Source of the DNA: an uncultured Nitrospiraceae bacterium
Lineage (GTDB): Bacteria > Nitrospirota > Thermodesulfovibrionia > Thermodesulfovibrionales > SM23-35
Direction: 5' to 3'
Assembly (NCBI GenBank): GCA_963727775.1
Contig: CAVSHB010000001.1
Span: forward strand, 1,376,001-1,440,000
DNA length: 64,000 nucleotides
A program made the position numbers and the translations under genes. Positions 54,396 to 64,000 of this stretch are shown here, piece after piece. The number at the start of each line of letters is the position of its first letter. Position 1 is the stretch's first letter. The notes beneath the pieces were generated by a model. That model was given only the letters and a program-made list of their open reading frames with translations. It was not told the DNA's origin and searched no databases.

Positions 54396-54851
54396 TCAGT
54401 AGCTGATTAGCGCGCTCAGGAATTTATCGTTCATTCGCCTCAGATTCTTGCTCATGGCGATAGCGATCTTCTTTACTATACAAAGTGCGAGGTAACAATC
54501 TTCTTCCATCATTCTGTCGAAATCTTCTTTTGGGATCAAGAAAAGCTCTGTATCCTCAAGGGCCGTAGCGGAAGCGACATGTTTCCTTTTTTCGAGAATT
54601 GAAAGCTCTCCGAAGAAATGACCGGGTGGCAGAACAACAATGGTCTGCCTCCACCCGTCAGCGGTTATTTTGGATATCTCAATCTTTCCCGAATGGATGA
54701 GCCACAGGCCGTGCGTTTCTTCAGATTCCTTAAATAAGGGCTCGCCTTTTTTGATGAAGACTTCTTTTGCAATTTTGACTATCTTGTTCAGCCCTGCTGT
54801 GTCGATACCTTGAAGCAAAACCTGTTGCTTTAATGCTTCCGGCTTAATCAT
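54396..54851 (-). CDS. Stand-alone cyclic-nucleotide-binding (Crp-type sensor) domain protein
   Basis: GEPLFKE, GHFFGELSIL, ASATA; no HTH; ATGA overlap with the fdhA stop. Confidence 0.9.
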   Translation of the reverse strand: MIKPEALKQQVLLQGIDTAGLNKIVKIAKEVFIKKGEPLFKESEETHGLWLIHSGKIEISKITADGWRQTIVVLPPGHFFGELSILEKRKHVASATALEDTELFLIPKEDFDRMMEEDCYLALCIVKKIAIAMSKNLRRMNDKFLSALISY

Positions 54852-57604
54852 GATCTCCCTCCTTGTTGAATCTGTTTATTTTTGCGTTCTATTTTTACCG
54901 CGCACACTTTAAACTCGGGTATTTTCGAGACCGGATCGAGAGCGGTATTTGTCAATACATTTGCCGCGGCTTCTCTGTAATGGAAAGGCATAAAAACAAT
55001 TCCCTTTATCGGTCGCACGGAAATGGAGACTTTAACATCTATAGAACCTCTTCTTGAGGAGACCTTCACAATCTCGCCGTCATTGACATTTAATATATTC
55101 GCGTCATCAGGATGGATCTCTATAAATGCCGAGGGACATACTGCATTAATCGCGTCGATCTTTCTTGTCATTGAGCCTGTATGATACTGAAAAAGCTGTC
55201 TTCCTGTCGAGAGTAAAAACGGATAATCCTTATCGGGTAATTCATCGGACGGTCTGTATCCCGTGACTGTGAAGGCAGCTTTGCCTCTCGGGAAGCCTCC
55301 CTTAAAGAGATATTGCGTTCCCGGATGGTCCGGTGTAGGGCAGGGCCATTGAAGTCCATTTTGAGCTAACCTCCTGTAAGTTACGCCTCTCAGCGCCGGC
55401 CAGAGTTCCCCTGCCTCACGGAATACATCTTCAATCGAGTCATAAGCCATGTCGTACCCGAGTCTTTTTGACAATTCGGTGATGATGAAAGAATCTTCCT
55501 TTGCCTCACCGGGCGGATCCAGCGCTTTCCTGACTCTCTGGACCATTCTTGCGGTGTTTGTGAATGTCCCGTCCTTCTCTGCAAAGCAGGATGCCGGTAA
55601 TACTACATCGGCAAGCTCTGCCGTCTCCGTCATAAAGATATCCTGGACCACAAGAAGGTCCAACTTTGTTAACGCAGAGATAGTGTGGCTCATATGAGGA
55701 TCGCTAAGAACAGGATTTTCTCCCATAATATATATCGCCCTGAGACTTCCTTCATGGGCTGCTTCGGTCATCTCAGTCGCAGTAAGTCCTTTTTTGTCTG
55801 ATAGCTTGACACCCCATGCCATCTGAAATTTCTGCCTGATACCCTGTATTGCCGTCTTCTGATAGCCCGGATAGAATTCGGGTATGCACCCCATATCGGT
55901 TGCGCCCTGTACATTGTTCTGTCCTCTCAGCGGGTTGACTCCTGTACACTCCCTCCCGAGATTGCCGGTCATTAACGCAAGGTTTGCTATGGCAAATACA
56001 TTTTCGGTGCCGTGTGTATGTTGAGTAATCCCCATTGTGTAATAAATGCCAGGTCGAACGGCATTACCATATATCAGCGCCGCTTTTATGATGTTTTCCT
56101 TCGGCACTCCGGTTATGCTTTCTCCTGTTTGAGGTGTGCAATCGGAAAGGGATTGCCTGATGGATTCAAATCCTTCAGTACGTTCTTCTATGAATTTCTT
56201 GTCTATCAGCCCTTCTTCTACGATGACATGCATAATGGAGTTCAAAAGCGCGATATCGGTGCCGGGTCTGTGCTGCAGCCATAACTTGGAGAACCTCACG
56301 AGATCGATCTTTCTCGGGTCCGCCACGATAAGTTCGGCGCCCCTTCTCACGGCCTTCTTCATTTTGAGTCCTACGATCGGATGGGTTTCCGTCGTGTTCG
56401 AGCCTATTACAAAAATAACATCGTGGTTTTCGGTCTCGGCAATCGAGTTTGTCATCGCTCCGGAACCGAATACCGTGGCCAGCCCGGCCACTGTTGAACT
56501 ATGTCAGTACCGGGCGCAGTGGTCGATATTGTTCGTGCCTATGGCCGCTCTCATTAACTTCTGGAACAGATAATTTTCTTCATTGGTACACCTTGCCGAA
56601 GATAACCCACCGATGGAATCAGCGCCGTATTTGTCCTTTATCTGTTTCAGCTTTGTTGAGATATAATCCAAAGCCTCATCCCACGAAACTTCTTTGAAAA
56701 GATTTGATATTTGATATTTGATATCTGAAGCTCTATGAACATAATCCGGAACCTGATTTTCCTTTGGCGCTATTCTGATCAAGGGCTTTGTGAGCCTGTC
56801 CGGGCTGTGTATGAAACCGTATCCGAATCTTCCTTTCGCGCAGAGCCATCCTTCATTAATCGTGTCTTGTTTCGAAGACACTCTTATGACCTCATTGCGC
56901 CTCACAAAAAGTGTCAGGTTGCAGCCGCAGCCGCAATAGGGGCAGATTGTGTCTACTTCTTTGAAGTGCTGCCTTCCTTTATTCGTCCACATCTTTCCTG
57001 TGAGGGCGCCCGTAGGGCATACCGCAACGCACTGGCCGCAGAACTCGCAGTCGAGGTCCCTTTCAAAAGGCGGGACGATCTTTGTTTTCAACCCTCTGTA
57101 AGCAAAGTCTATGGCCCCGACTCCTTGTATCTCGTCGCATATGCGCACACATTTACCGCAGAGAATACATTTTTCCATATCTCTTTCGACAAATGGATTA
57201 TTGTCCTTCTTTGTATAAATCCTTCTCTCTCCCTCGAAACGGTTTTCCCTGATACCGTAAAAATATGCATATTCCTGGAGTTTGCAGTCTCCGGCCCTTT
57301 CACAGACCATGCAATCTTTCGGGTGATCGGAGAGTATCAGTTCCAATGTTGTTCTCCTCATTTTCTCGAGCTGCGGGCTTGTTGTTATTACTTCCATGCC
57401 GTCCCGCGCAAATGTCGTGCATGCGGTCACGGGTTTGGGCAAACCCTTGATTTCGACAAGGCATAGCCTGCACCCTCCAAAAGGGGAGAGTTCCGGATGG
57501 TGGCAGAGCGTCGGGATAGGGATATCAAGTTTTCTTGCCCCGTCGAGGATAGTGGATAATTTCCTTACGGAAACTTTTTTGCCGTCTATCTTAAGATTTA
57601 CCAT
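54848..57604 (-). CDS. fdhA: Selenocysteine-containing formate dehydrogenase alpha subunit with N-terminal Fe-S domains (918 aa)
   Basis: Two ORFs in the same frame joined by TGA at 56504-56506 in DHCARY-U-HSSTVAGL; CPYCGCGC, PLRGQNNVQG, PEFKVCAV. Confidence 0.95.
56475..56491 (-). promoter_or_regulatory. Bacterial SECIS hairpin
   Basis: GTGGCC-GGGCT-GGCCAC stem-loop starting 12 nt after the in-frame UGA. Confidence 0.85.
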
Positions 57605-59386
57605 TTACGCTTTCACTATCGCCTTAAACTTGCATGCGTCAAAACAAGTCCCGCACTTGATACATAGTTCCTGATCAATTTTATGAGGGGATTTTTTTCT
57701 GCCTCTCACCGCGTCTGCCGGACAAGCCCTTTTGCAGGCTTCGCATCCCTTGCAGGCCGCTTCAAGAATGGAATATGAGATCAAATCCCTGCACACCGCT
57801 GCAGGACATCTTTTGTCTCTGATATGCGCTTCATATTCATTTCTGAAATATCTGATAGTGCTCAATACGGAATTTGGAGCAGTCATCCCCAATCCGCATA
57901 ATGAGGCCGCCCTGATATAATGGCCGAGCTCTTCAAGAAGCTCTATGTCTCCTTCTTTCCCTTTTCCCGCCGTTATCCGCTCTAAAATTTCGAGCATCCT
58001 CTTCGTACCGATACGGCAGGGCGTACATTTGCCGCACGACTCGGCCTGTGTGAATTCAAGAAAGAATTTTGCAGTGTTGACCATGCAGCTCGTCTCATCG
58101 AGGACGACCATCCCGCCTGAACCTATGATCGAGCCTGCCTGTGCCAGTGTTTCATAGTCGACCTCTATATCAAGCAATTCAGCTGGAATACATCCGCCGG
58201 ACGGACCGCCCGTCTGTAATGCCTTGAACTCTTTTCCGCCTTCGATCCCTCCGCCTATATCGTAAATTATTTTTCTAAGGGTAACACCAAAAGGGACTTC
58301 GATAAGACCTGTATTCTTTACTTTTCCGGACAGCGAAAAGACTTTGGTCCCGCCGCTCCTGTCGGTCCCGAGCTTTCTGTACCAAGCGGCGCCGTTAAGA
58401 ATAATTCTTGGGATATTTGCAAAGGTCTCTACATTGTTTAACACGGTAGGCCTGTCCCATAATCCTTTTTCCGCAGAGCGCCACATCTTCGGGCTCGGCA
58501 TTCCGCGTTTGCCTTCGATAGAGCGCATCAACGCCGTTGCTTCACCGCAGACAAATGCGCCTGCACCCTGGAATATCTTGAGATCAAAATCAAAATCAGT
58601 GCCGAAAATATTTTTACCGAGGTAGCCGTTCTCATAGCACCGGTCGATGGCCATCTGAAGGCGTCTGACCGCCAAGGGATATTCCGCCCTTACATAGATA
58701 TAGCCGTGATGGGATTCCGTAGCTTTTGCGCCTATGATCATCCCTTCGATGACTGAATGGGGATCTCCCTCCATAACGGACCTGTCCATAAAAGCGCCGG
58801 GATCGCCTTCATCACCGTTGCAGATGACATATTTAATGTCGGACTTGATCTTGAGTCCGAGTTCCCATTTCAGCCCCGTCGGAAAGCCCGCGCCGCCTCT
58901 TCCCCTTAAATTTGATCCCTTGATAATTTCTACAACCTCTTTTGGTCCCATAGATGTGAGGACCTTTTTTGCGGCTTCGTAGCCCCCGACCGCAATATAG
59001 GCATTGATATCCTCCGGATCGATCTCTCCGCAATGGGACAGCACCACTTTCGTCTGCCTTTCGTGGAATTTGTGGTATTCATCTTCGACAACCCATTCTG
59101 TGACGGGCTTCCCATTTATGATATGCTCATTCAGAATCCTTTCGACCATGTCTGCTTTGATGTGCTTGTAAGTGGTTTTTTCACCGTCGATGATGATATC
59201 AACGAGGACATCCTTTGAACAGAACCCCCTGCAACCGACCTTTTCTGCGGAGCACCTTTCAGAAAATGTCGCCTCTCTGCCGGAAGACGATATAGCGTCC
59301 CTGAATGCGGACAACACCATGGCGGCGCCTGAGGCCACGCCTCCGGTGCCGGTGCATACCTTGATTACTATCTCCTTGTTCATCAA
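57605..59386 (-). CDS. NuoF/HydB-like NADH-binding flavoprotein subunit
   Basis: LRGRGGAGFPTG, NGDEGDPGAFMDR, GAFVCGE, GGPSGG, ESCGKCTPCR, C-terminal 2x[4Fe-4S]. Confidence 0.95.
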   Translation of the reverse strand: MMNKEIVIKVCTGTGGVASGAAMVLSAFRDAISSSGREATFSERCSAEKVGCRGFCSKDVLVDIIIDGEKTTYKHIKADMVERILNEHIINGKPVTEWVVEDEYHKFHERQTKVVLSHCGEIDPEDINAYIAVGGYEAAKKVLTSMGPKEVVEIIKGSNLRGRGGAGFPTGLKWELGLKIKSDIKYVICNGDEGDPGAFMDRSVMEGDPHSVIEGMIIGAKATESHHGYIYVRAEYPLAVRRLQMAIDRCYENGYLGKNIFGTDFDFDLKIFQGAGAFVCGEATALMRSIEGKRGMPSPKMWRSAEKGLWDRPTVLNNVETFANIPRIILNGAAWYRKLGTDRSGGTKVFSLSGKVKNTGLIEVPFGVTLRKIIYDIGGGIEGGKEFKALQTGGPSGGCIPAELLDIEVDYETLAQAGSIIGSGGMVVLDETSCMVNTAKFFLEFTQAESCGKCTPCRIGTKRMLEILERITAGKGKEGDIELLEELGHYIRAASLCGLGMTAPNSVLSTIRYFRNEYEAHIRDKRCPAAVCRDLISYSILEAACKGCEACKRACPADAVRGRKKSPHKIDQELCIKCGTCFDACKFKAIVKA

Positions 59387-59859
59387 TCGCCTGACTTCAG
59401 CTTTTTTATCTCTTTCATCAATTTGTCGAGAGTTATCTTGCCGTGTACTTCGTGGTTAATCAATGTCACAGGGGCAATGCCGCAGGCGCCGATGCAGTTG
59501 ACCTTTTCCACCGTGAATTTAAGGTCCGCTGTCGTATCATCCCCAGGGGGAATGTCAAGCTCCAGTGAAAGCCTGTTGATCAGTCTTTCAGAGCCTTTAA
59601 CATGGCAAGCAGTTCCGCGGCAGACTGTAACCACATTTTTGCCTCTCGGCTTCAGATGAAATTGTGAGTAGAAGGTAGCTGTTCCGAAAAATCTGCTGGC
59701 GGGGATATCAAGCTTTCGTGAAAACCAGTTTACGGCTTCTTCGGGTATATAACCGCATGCTTTCTCAATATCCTGGAGGATGGTTATAATATTACCGTCA
59801 TTTGTTATATAATGTTCAAGTATCTTATTGAAGGTTTCTTGCATAGTTAGAGGGCTCAT
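59383..59859 (-). CDS. NuoE/HydC-like [2Fe-2S] subunit
   Basis: ATFYSQF, CRGTACHVKG, CIGACGIAP. Confidence 0.95.
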   Translation of the reverse strand: MSPLTMQETFNKILEHYITNDGNIITILQDIEKACGYIPEEAVNWFSRKLDIPASRFFGTATFYSQFHLKPRGKNVVTVCRGTACHVKGSERLINRLSLELDIPPGDDTTADLKFTVEKVNCIGACGIAPVTLINHEVHGKITLDKLMKEIKKLKSGD

Positions 59860-59912
59860 TTTTTTATAATGACAAATAAACCCTCCTGATACCAGGGAGG
59901 GTCTTTATTTAT

Positions 59913-59941
59913 ATTATCATAATAGAACGGCTCCTTTTCAA
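59913..59941 (-). promoter_or_regulatory. Sigma70-type promoter of the fdh-fhs operon
   Basis: TTGAAA-17 bp-GATAAT on the minus strand. Confidence 0.5.
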
Positions 59942-60050
59942 GGGAAAATTAGCAGAAGCTAATATTAATTGTATCTGAAACAGTTTTCTTGTTTTTGAAC
60001 AGTTCCTTGTGTTATATAAAAAGATTAAACTAATTTTAAGGATATCTACA

Positions 60051-61016
60051 ATGTTTAAATTCAAACTGTTTTTTGTGACTTTGGTGACATTTGTCGCCAT
60101 GAATTTTCCGGCGCCGGCCCATTCATCCGTTCTCCTCGACCGTGTTGTTGCCGTGGTCAATAAAGAAGTAATAACGTGGAGTGAGCTTTATGAGATGATG
60201 GACTATGAGGCAACAGACCAGGTGAAGGCATTAAAACAGGAGGACCGGATGAAGGTGTTTAAAAACAATGAGGCCCTCTTTCTTGACAGGCTGATTGATA
60301 TAAGACTCCAAATCCAGGATGCCAGGAGACTCGGGTTCGAAGTCACCCCTGAAGAGTTGACCGAGGCTATCGAGTCGATAAAAAAGAAATATTCGTTGAC
60401 CGATGATTTATTTAAGGAATCTCTGAAAAAAGAAGGTCTGACAATTGAAGAGTATAAGAAAAGGCTGTCCGAACAGATACTTGTCAGCCATTTTGTAAAT
60501 CAGCAAATAAAAAACAAGGTCATTGTTTCTGAAGAAGACATAAAAAAATATATCGACTTATCCAAACAGAACTTGAACGATGGCGAGTCTTTCAAACTCA
60601 GAATGATTTTTTTCATGAAACCGAAAGACGACACCGATAGAAAAACAGTAGAGGATAAGGCCTCATTAGTTATACAACGATTGAAAGCCGGGGAGGATTT
60701 CTCGGCGCTTGCCAAAGAGTATTCCGAAGACCCTTCTGCAAAGAATGGCGGTGAACTCGGCTTCATAAAACAAAGCCAGACGGCAAAAGAATTTCTTGCG
60801 GCGCTTTCTAAGATGAATATTGGTGATTTCAGTAGTCCTTTCTGGACGGAAAAGGGACTGCAGATCATAAAACTGGATGAAAAAACAGCCGCGAAGAGCA
60901 TCGACTCAATAAGGGAAGACGCGAAGAAGCAGTTAGCGGAAGACCAGTTTCAGGAAAAGTATAAAAATTGGATAAAAAGCTTGAGAGAAAAGGCGCACGT
61001 AGAAATAAGGCTGTAA
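60051..61016 (+). CDS. SurA/PrsA-like parvulin peptidyl-prolyl isomerase
   Basis: Signal peptide, DRVVAVVN, GEDFSALAKEYSEDPSAKNGGELG. Confidence 0.92.
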   Translation: MFKFKLFFVTLVTFVAMNFPAPAHSSVLLDRVVAVVNKEVITWSELYEMMDYEATDQVKALKQEDRMKVFKNNEALFLDRLIDIRLQIQDARRLGFEVTPEELTEAIESIKKKYSLTDDLFKESLKKEGLTIEEYKKRLSEQILVSHFVNQQIKNKVIVSEEDIKKYIDLSKQNLNDGESFKLRMIFFMKPKDDTDRKTVEDKASLVIQRLKAGEDFSALAKEYSEDPSAKNGGELGFIKQSQTAKEFLAALSKMNIGDFSSPFWTEKGLQIIKLDEKTAAKSIDSIREDAKKQLAEDQFQEKYKNWIKSLREKAHVEIRL

Positions 61017-61030
61017 ATTCGGAGGGGACC

Positions 61031-61687
61031 ATACAAGGGGTCAGAATCGGAATACTTGCGTCCGGCAGGGGTTCAAATTTCCAGTCCATCGTTGATGCCG
61101 TTAATAATAAATCACTCAATGCCGAGATTGTTCTTTTAATAACCGACAACCCGTCGGCATATGCCATAGAAAGAGCGAAGAAATACGGCATAGAATATCT
61201 CGTAATGAAGCCCGGTGATTTTAACTCGAAAGATGACTATTTCATCGAGGTAGCGGATAAGCTCCAAAAAAGAGAGATAGGTCTGGTAGTTCTTGCCGGT
61301 TTTATGAGGATTGTCGGGAAAGCCCTAATAGACGCCTTCCCGAACAGGATAATGAATATCCATCCCGCACTCCTTCCGGCTTTCCCGGGGCTGCACAGCC
61401 AGCGACAGGCAATAAAATACAGCGCGAAAATTTCGGGATGTACCGTCCATTTTGTGGATGAAGGCATGGATACGGGTCCTGTCATTATACAGGCCGCAGT
61501 ACCGGTATTTCAGCATGATACAGAAGAGACGCTATCGGAAAGAATACTGGGTCTTGAACATAAAATATATCCGGAAGCAATAAGGCTTTTTTCAGAAGGC
61601 AGGATTGAGATTAAAGGGAGAATCGTAAACATTAAAGGCGATACCTTTGCCGACTGTCATATTGTAAACCCACATCTGCGAAACTGA
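61031..61687 (+). CDS. purN: Phosphoribosylglycinamide formyltransferase
   Basis: LASGRGSN, LAGFMRI, NIHPALLP, GCTVHFVDEGMDTGP; start uncertain (ATA at 61031 after GGAGG, or TTG at 60968). Confidence 0.95.
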   Translation: MQGVRIGILASGRGSNFQSIVDAVNNKSLNAEIVLLITDNPSAYAIERAKKYGIEYLVMKPGDFNSKDDYFIEVADKLQKREIGLVVLAGFMRIVGKALIDAFPNRIMNIHPALLPAFPGLHSQRQAIKYSAKISGCTVHFVDEGMDTGPVIIQAAVPVFQHDTEETLSERILGLEHKIYPEAIRLFSEGRIEIKGRIVNIKGDTFADCHIVNPHLRN

Positions 61688-61788
61688 TCAGCTTTATTTA
61701 GAATGTCGCGTTATAGCTCTAAAATCACACCGAGATATAGGTCTAACAAACCCGATCTGTTCTACAAAACACGGAAAATGAACACAAC

Positions 61789-62142
61789 ATGAAAGGTACC
61801 ACAAATCTGCAGACACGACTCAAACTCATCGCCGCCATTATCCTGCTGGTTGGGTTAGGTAGCGCCGCCCTAATTTATCTGACGGCGGAGAATGATTCGG
61901 AGAATATTTTGGACAATGAAGATTCCAAGATATATATACATGATTTGGAACTCTATGGTGGAAAAGCGAACGTGCTTGCGAATGAGTTCAAACTCTGGTT
62001 TGAAAAGTTATGGCATGGAAAACAACTTGCATTCACAGTGGCTTGTATTACCATTTTTATATCCTTTGGATTTATATTCTTTTCCAGTCACTTGACATCC
62101 GACCCAAAATCTAATCACCGGGACGAAAACGATCGGGTCTGA
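61789..62142 (+). CDS. Hypothetical two-TM membrane protein
   Basis: Two hydrophobic segments flanking a polar loop (LELYGGKAN). Confidence 0.7.
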   Translation: MKGTTNLQTRLKLIAAIILLVGLGSAALIYLTAENDSENILDNEDSKIYIHDLELYGGKANVLANEFKLWFEKLWHGKQLAFTVACITIFISFGFIFFSSHLTSDPKSNHRDENDRV

Positions 62143-62202
62143 ATCATAGGTCTGCGGAAACACGGTATTGCGTTGCTTAGAGAATATCTATATTTAGGCA
62201 CT

Positions 62203-62430
62203 TCAACTCCAGGCCTTTTTATGGGAAACAAGCTCCGACTTCTTGAGAGATTTCTTCCTCTCATCCGCAAGCGCAACCAAAGCTATGTCTTCCTGAATCT
62301 CCAGGGCATCCTCGATTAGGTCCTCGACCAATGAAGACATCGAAAGACCTCTTGCTTCTGAAAGGGTCTGCACATCAGCATAAATACGCGGGGTCAAAAC
62401 GACATTTATACGTGGTTTCTTAGTAGGCAT
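62203..62430 (-). CDS. Ribbon-helix-helix antitoxin-like protein (orphan)
   Basis: MPTKKPRINVVL...GLSMSSLV..LIEDALE..ED..L...VSHKKAW pattern; GGAGG RBS. Confidence 0.75.
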   Translation of the reverse strand: MPTKKPRINVVLTPRIYADVQTLSEARGLSMSSLVEDLIEDALEIQEDIALVALADERKKSLKKSELVSHKKAWS

Positions 62431-62862
62431 AAGCACCTCCTTTCTCTTCTCCATAGTGTAATACAAATAGCACATTTCATAAAAGTTGGGGTAAGATATT
62501 GGCCATGCATATTTAATAACTGCCTGTCTTTTTCGTTAAGGAAAATAAGTGCGCCTCTCTATTCCCTTCATGATTACACGCTGCAAATGTTCTGATGCAT
62601 TAGGGCGGGCCGCTTTTCATGCTTAGTCAACAACTCAACAACGTCCCCTTGTTTCTGGTCTCAAAAGGCGGTGGAAGTAACTCTTTCGGACAGAACTATG
62701 GAAAGCACAATTCTTCCTGAAAGAGAGATTTTGAAATCTTATTCTAAGATGCAACACTACAAACAGAAATCAATAATTTCTGTACCCCCTACCTGAGTAG
62801 GATTGATTTATAATAATAAACCTGTAAACTAACTATTAAGAAACCTATAAAAGAATATTCTT

Positions 62863-63183
62863 TTGGAAAAAAGGCAACAGAAAAGATACACAAGTCGTTG
62901 TGAAATAGAATTCTCAATGAATGGGACTTCTTATAGGGGCATTTCAAGCAACCTATCAATGAATGGACTATTCATAAGAACAAGAAGACCTTTTCCTACA
63001 GATACGGTAACAAACTTAATAGTTCATTTCTCTAACGGATCAACATCAAAATTGAAAGGCATTACAAGACGGGCGCTGAGAAACCCAGTAAATAATCAAC
63101 AAACTGGTATGGGAATTGAGATTATAGAAAAAGATTCTAATTATATTGATTTTATCAATTCTATAATTTCACAGCGCGAGTAA
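62863..63183 (+). CDS. PilZ domain protein
   Basis: RQQKR (RxxxR), NLSMNG, GMGIE. Confidence 0.85.
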   Translation: MEKRQQKRYTSRCEIEFSMNGTSYRGISSNLSMNGLFIRTRRPFPTDTVTNLIVHFSNGSTSKLKGITRRALRNPVNNQQTGMGIEIIEKDSNYIDFINSIISQRE

Positions 63184-63377
63184 TTCTACAAACTAATTCA
63201 TTGGTTATTTTACCCACTATCCTTGACTGAGAAGATTACCCCCAAAAGTGGACTTCTTCCTGAAATACGCGCAAAAAGAATCTGCTACAATTTGCATAAT
63301 ACAAGTGGTGATTGCTACACTTTAGAAGTGAATTTTTGATACTCTGCGGTCTTGCTATAATTTTGCTACACTAAGTT

Positions 63378-63599
63378 ATGAGTAAAAAGATAATAAGTAT
63401 ACTGGTAGTCATTATTTTAATGTCTGGTTTTCTATTTTACTGGTATGAATATAGACCAACAGCCATTAGAAAAAATTGTAATAAGCTGGCAATTCAGGAA
63501 GCACAACACCGTTATAATCCTGAAGGCAGGTACTACTTTCCAGAGGATTATGAACATTATTATAAGGAATGTTTAAGGTCTAAAGGAATAGAAAAATAG
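63378..63599 (+). CDS. Small membrane-anchored hypothetical protein
   Basis: N-terminal TM, FYWYEYRP, two Cys; -10-like TACACT just upstream. Confidence 0.6.
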   Translation: MSKKIISILVVIILMSGFLFYWYEYRPTAIRKNCNKLAIQEAQHRYNPEGRYYFPEDYEHYYKECLRSKGIEK

Positions 63600-63698
63600 C
63601 CTCATTCGGAAGAAAGAACAGAACAAGGGCGAAAGACCGATGATGGATCAAAGAAGAAACCCCTATGTGAAGGAAGGCGAAGGTCCGCAACTGAAGAA

Positions 63699-64000
63699 AG
63701 AGGTGGCCGGGTTTGTTTGGACAGCCTGCAGGGTTTTTTAAGTGGTAAGCTGCTCTGCCTCATGCCGCTACCTGTATCTGAGGTAGTGTAGTCCAGTAAA
63801 CCTCATCCGGGGTCCTGTCGTCAAGGCCTTGATGCCGACGCCGATTGTTGTAGAACTCGAAATAATCTGCAAGCCCGCGCCTGGCCTCGGTAATAGAGCC
63901 ATAGGCCTTCAGATGTATATCTTCGTACTTTACGCTCCTCCAGAGTCTTTCTACGTAGACGTTGTCCACCCAGCGTCCTTTGCCATCCATGCTGATACCG
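63699..64000 (-). mobile_element. IS3-family element, right end (truncated by window)
   Basis: Transposase C-terminus followed by a terminal-IR-like segment ...CTGTCCAAACAAACCCGGCCACCTCT; boundary approximate. Confidence 0.75.
63760..64000 (-). CDS. IS3-family DDE transposase, C-terminal part
   Basis: SMDGKGRWVDNVYVERLWRSVKYE, FYNNRRRHQGL..RTP integrase-core motifs. Confidence 0.92.
   Translation of the reverse strand, partial: GISMDGKGRWVDNVYVERLWRSVKYEDIHLKAYGSITEARRGLADYFEFYNNRRRHQGLDDRTPDEVYWTTLPQIQVAA

Noticed and set aside
56504..56506. fdhA as a nonsense pseudogene or two separate genes
   Set aside because: The TGA is in frame at the catalytic Sec position and is followed by a SECIS hairpin

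Overview
Gene-dense, moderately AT-rich bacterial chromosome segment, mostly housekeeping and signalling genes. The content (Sec-formate dehydrogenase with HydB/HydC-like subunits plus fhs, HEAT/HD-GYP and DUF4388-DnaJ-TPR proteins, several PilZ domains, GH57/GlgP) suggests an anaerobic Nitrospirota/Desulfobacterota-like organism; this is inference only. The best candidate for an undescribed system is the minus-strand cluster at 35658-43461. It encodes a PilZ-fused methyltransferase with PhcB-like motifs, an inactive chain-length-factor-like KS, a FabZ-type dehydratase, a second methyltransferase, an active FabF-type KS, a dedicated ACP and a multi-TM PAS hybrid sensor kinase, with a 21-bp direct repeat upstream. 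It could be a fatty-acyl/polyketide signal synthase plus receptor (quorum-sensing) module. Other highlights: two inverted copies of a covarying multi-stem non-coding element (2063-2423); a 122-bp MITE carrying a REP doublet (12371-12492); a UGA-Sec FdhA with a SECIS hairpin; a tnpA-only IS200 element; an IS3 end at the right edge; three disrupted genes (a 4-bp-duplication-broken sensor kinase, a decayed TVP38/DedA gene missed by the ORF track, a frameshifted unknown gene); a probable ATA start for purN; and repeated signs of leaderless transcription. I recognised no rRNA, tRNA or CRISPR array. All family assignments come from motif recognition by eye, not database searches.
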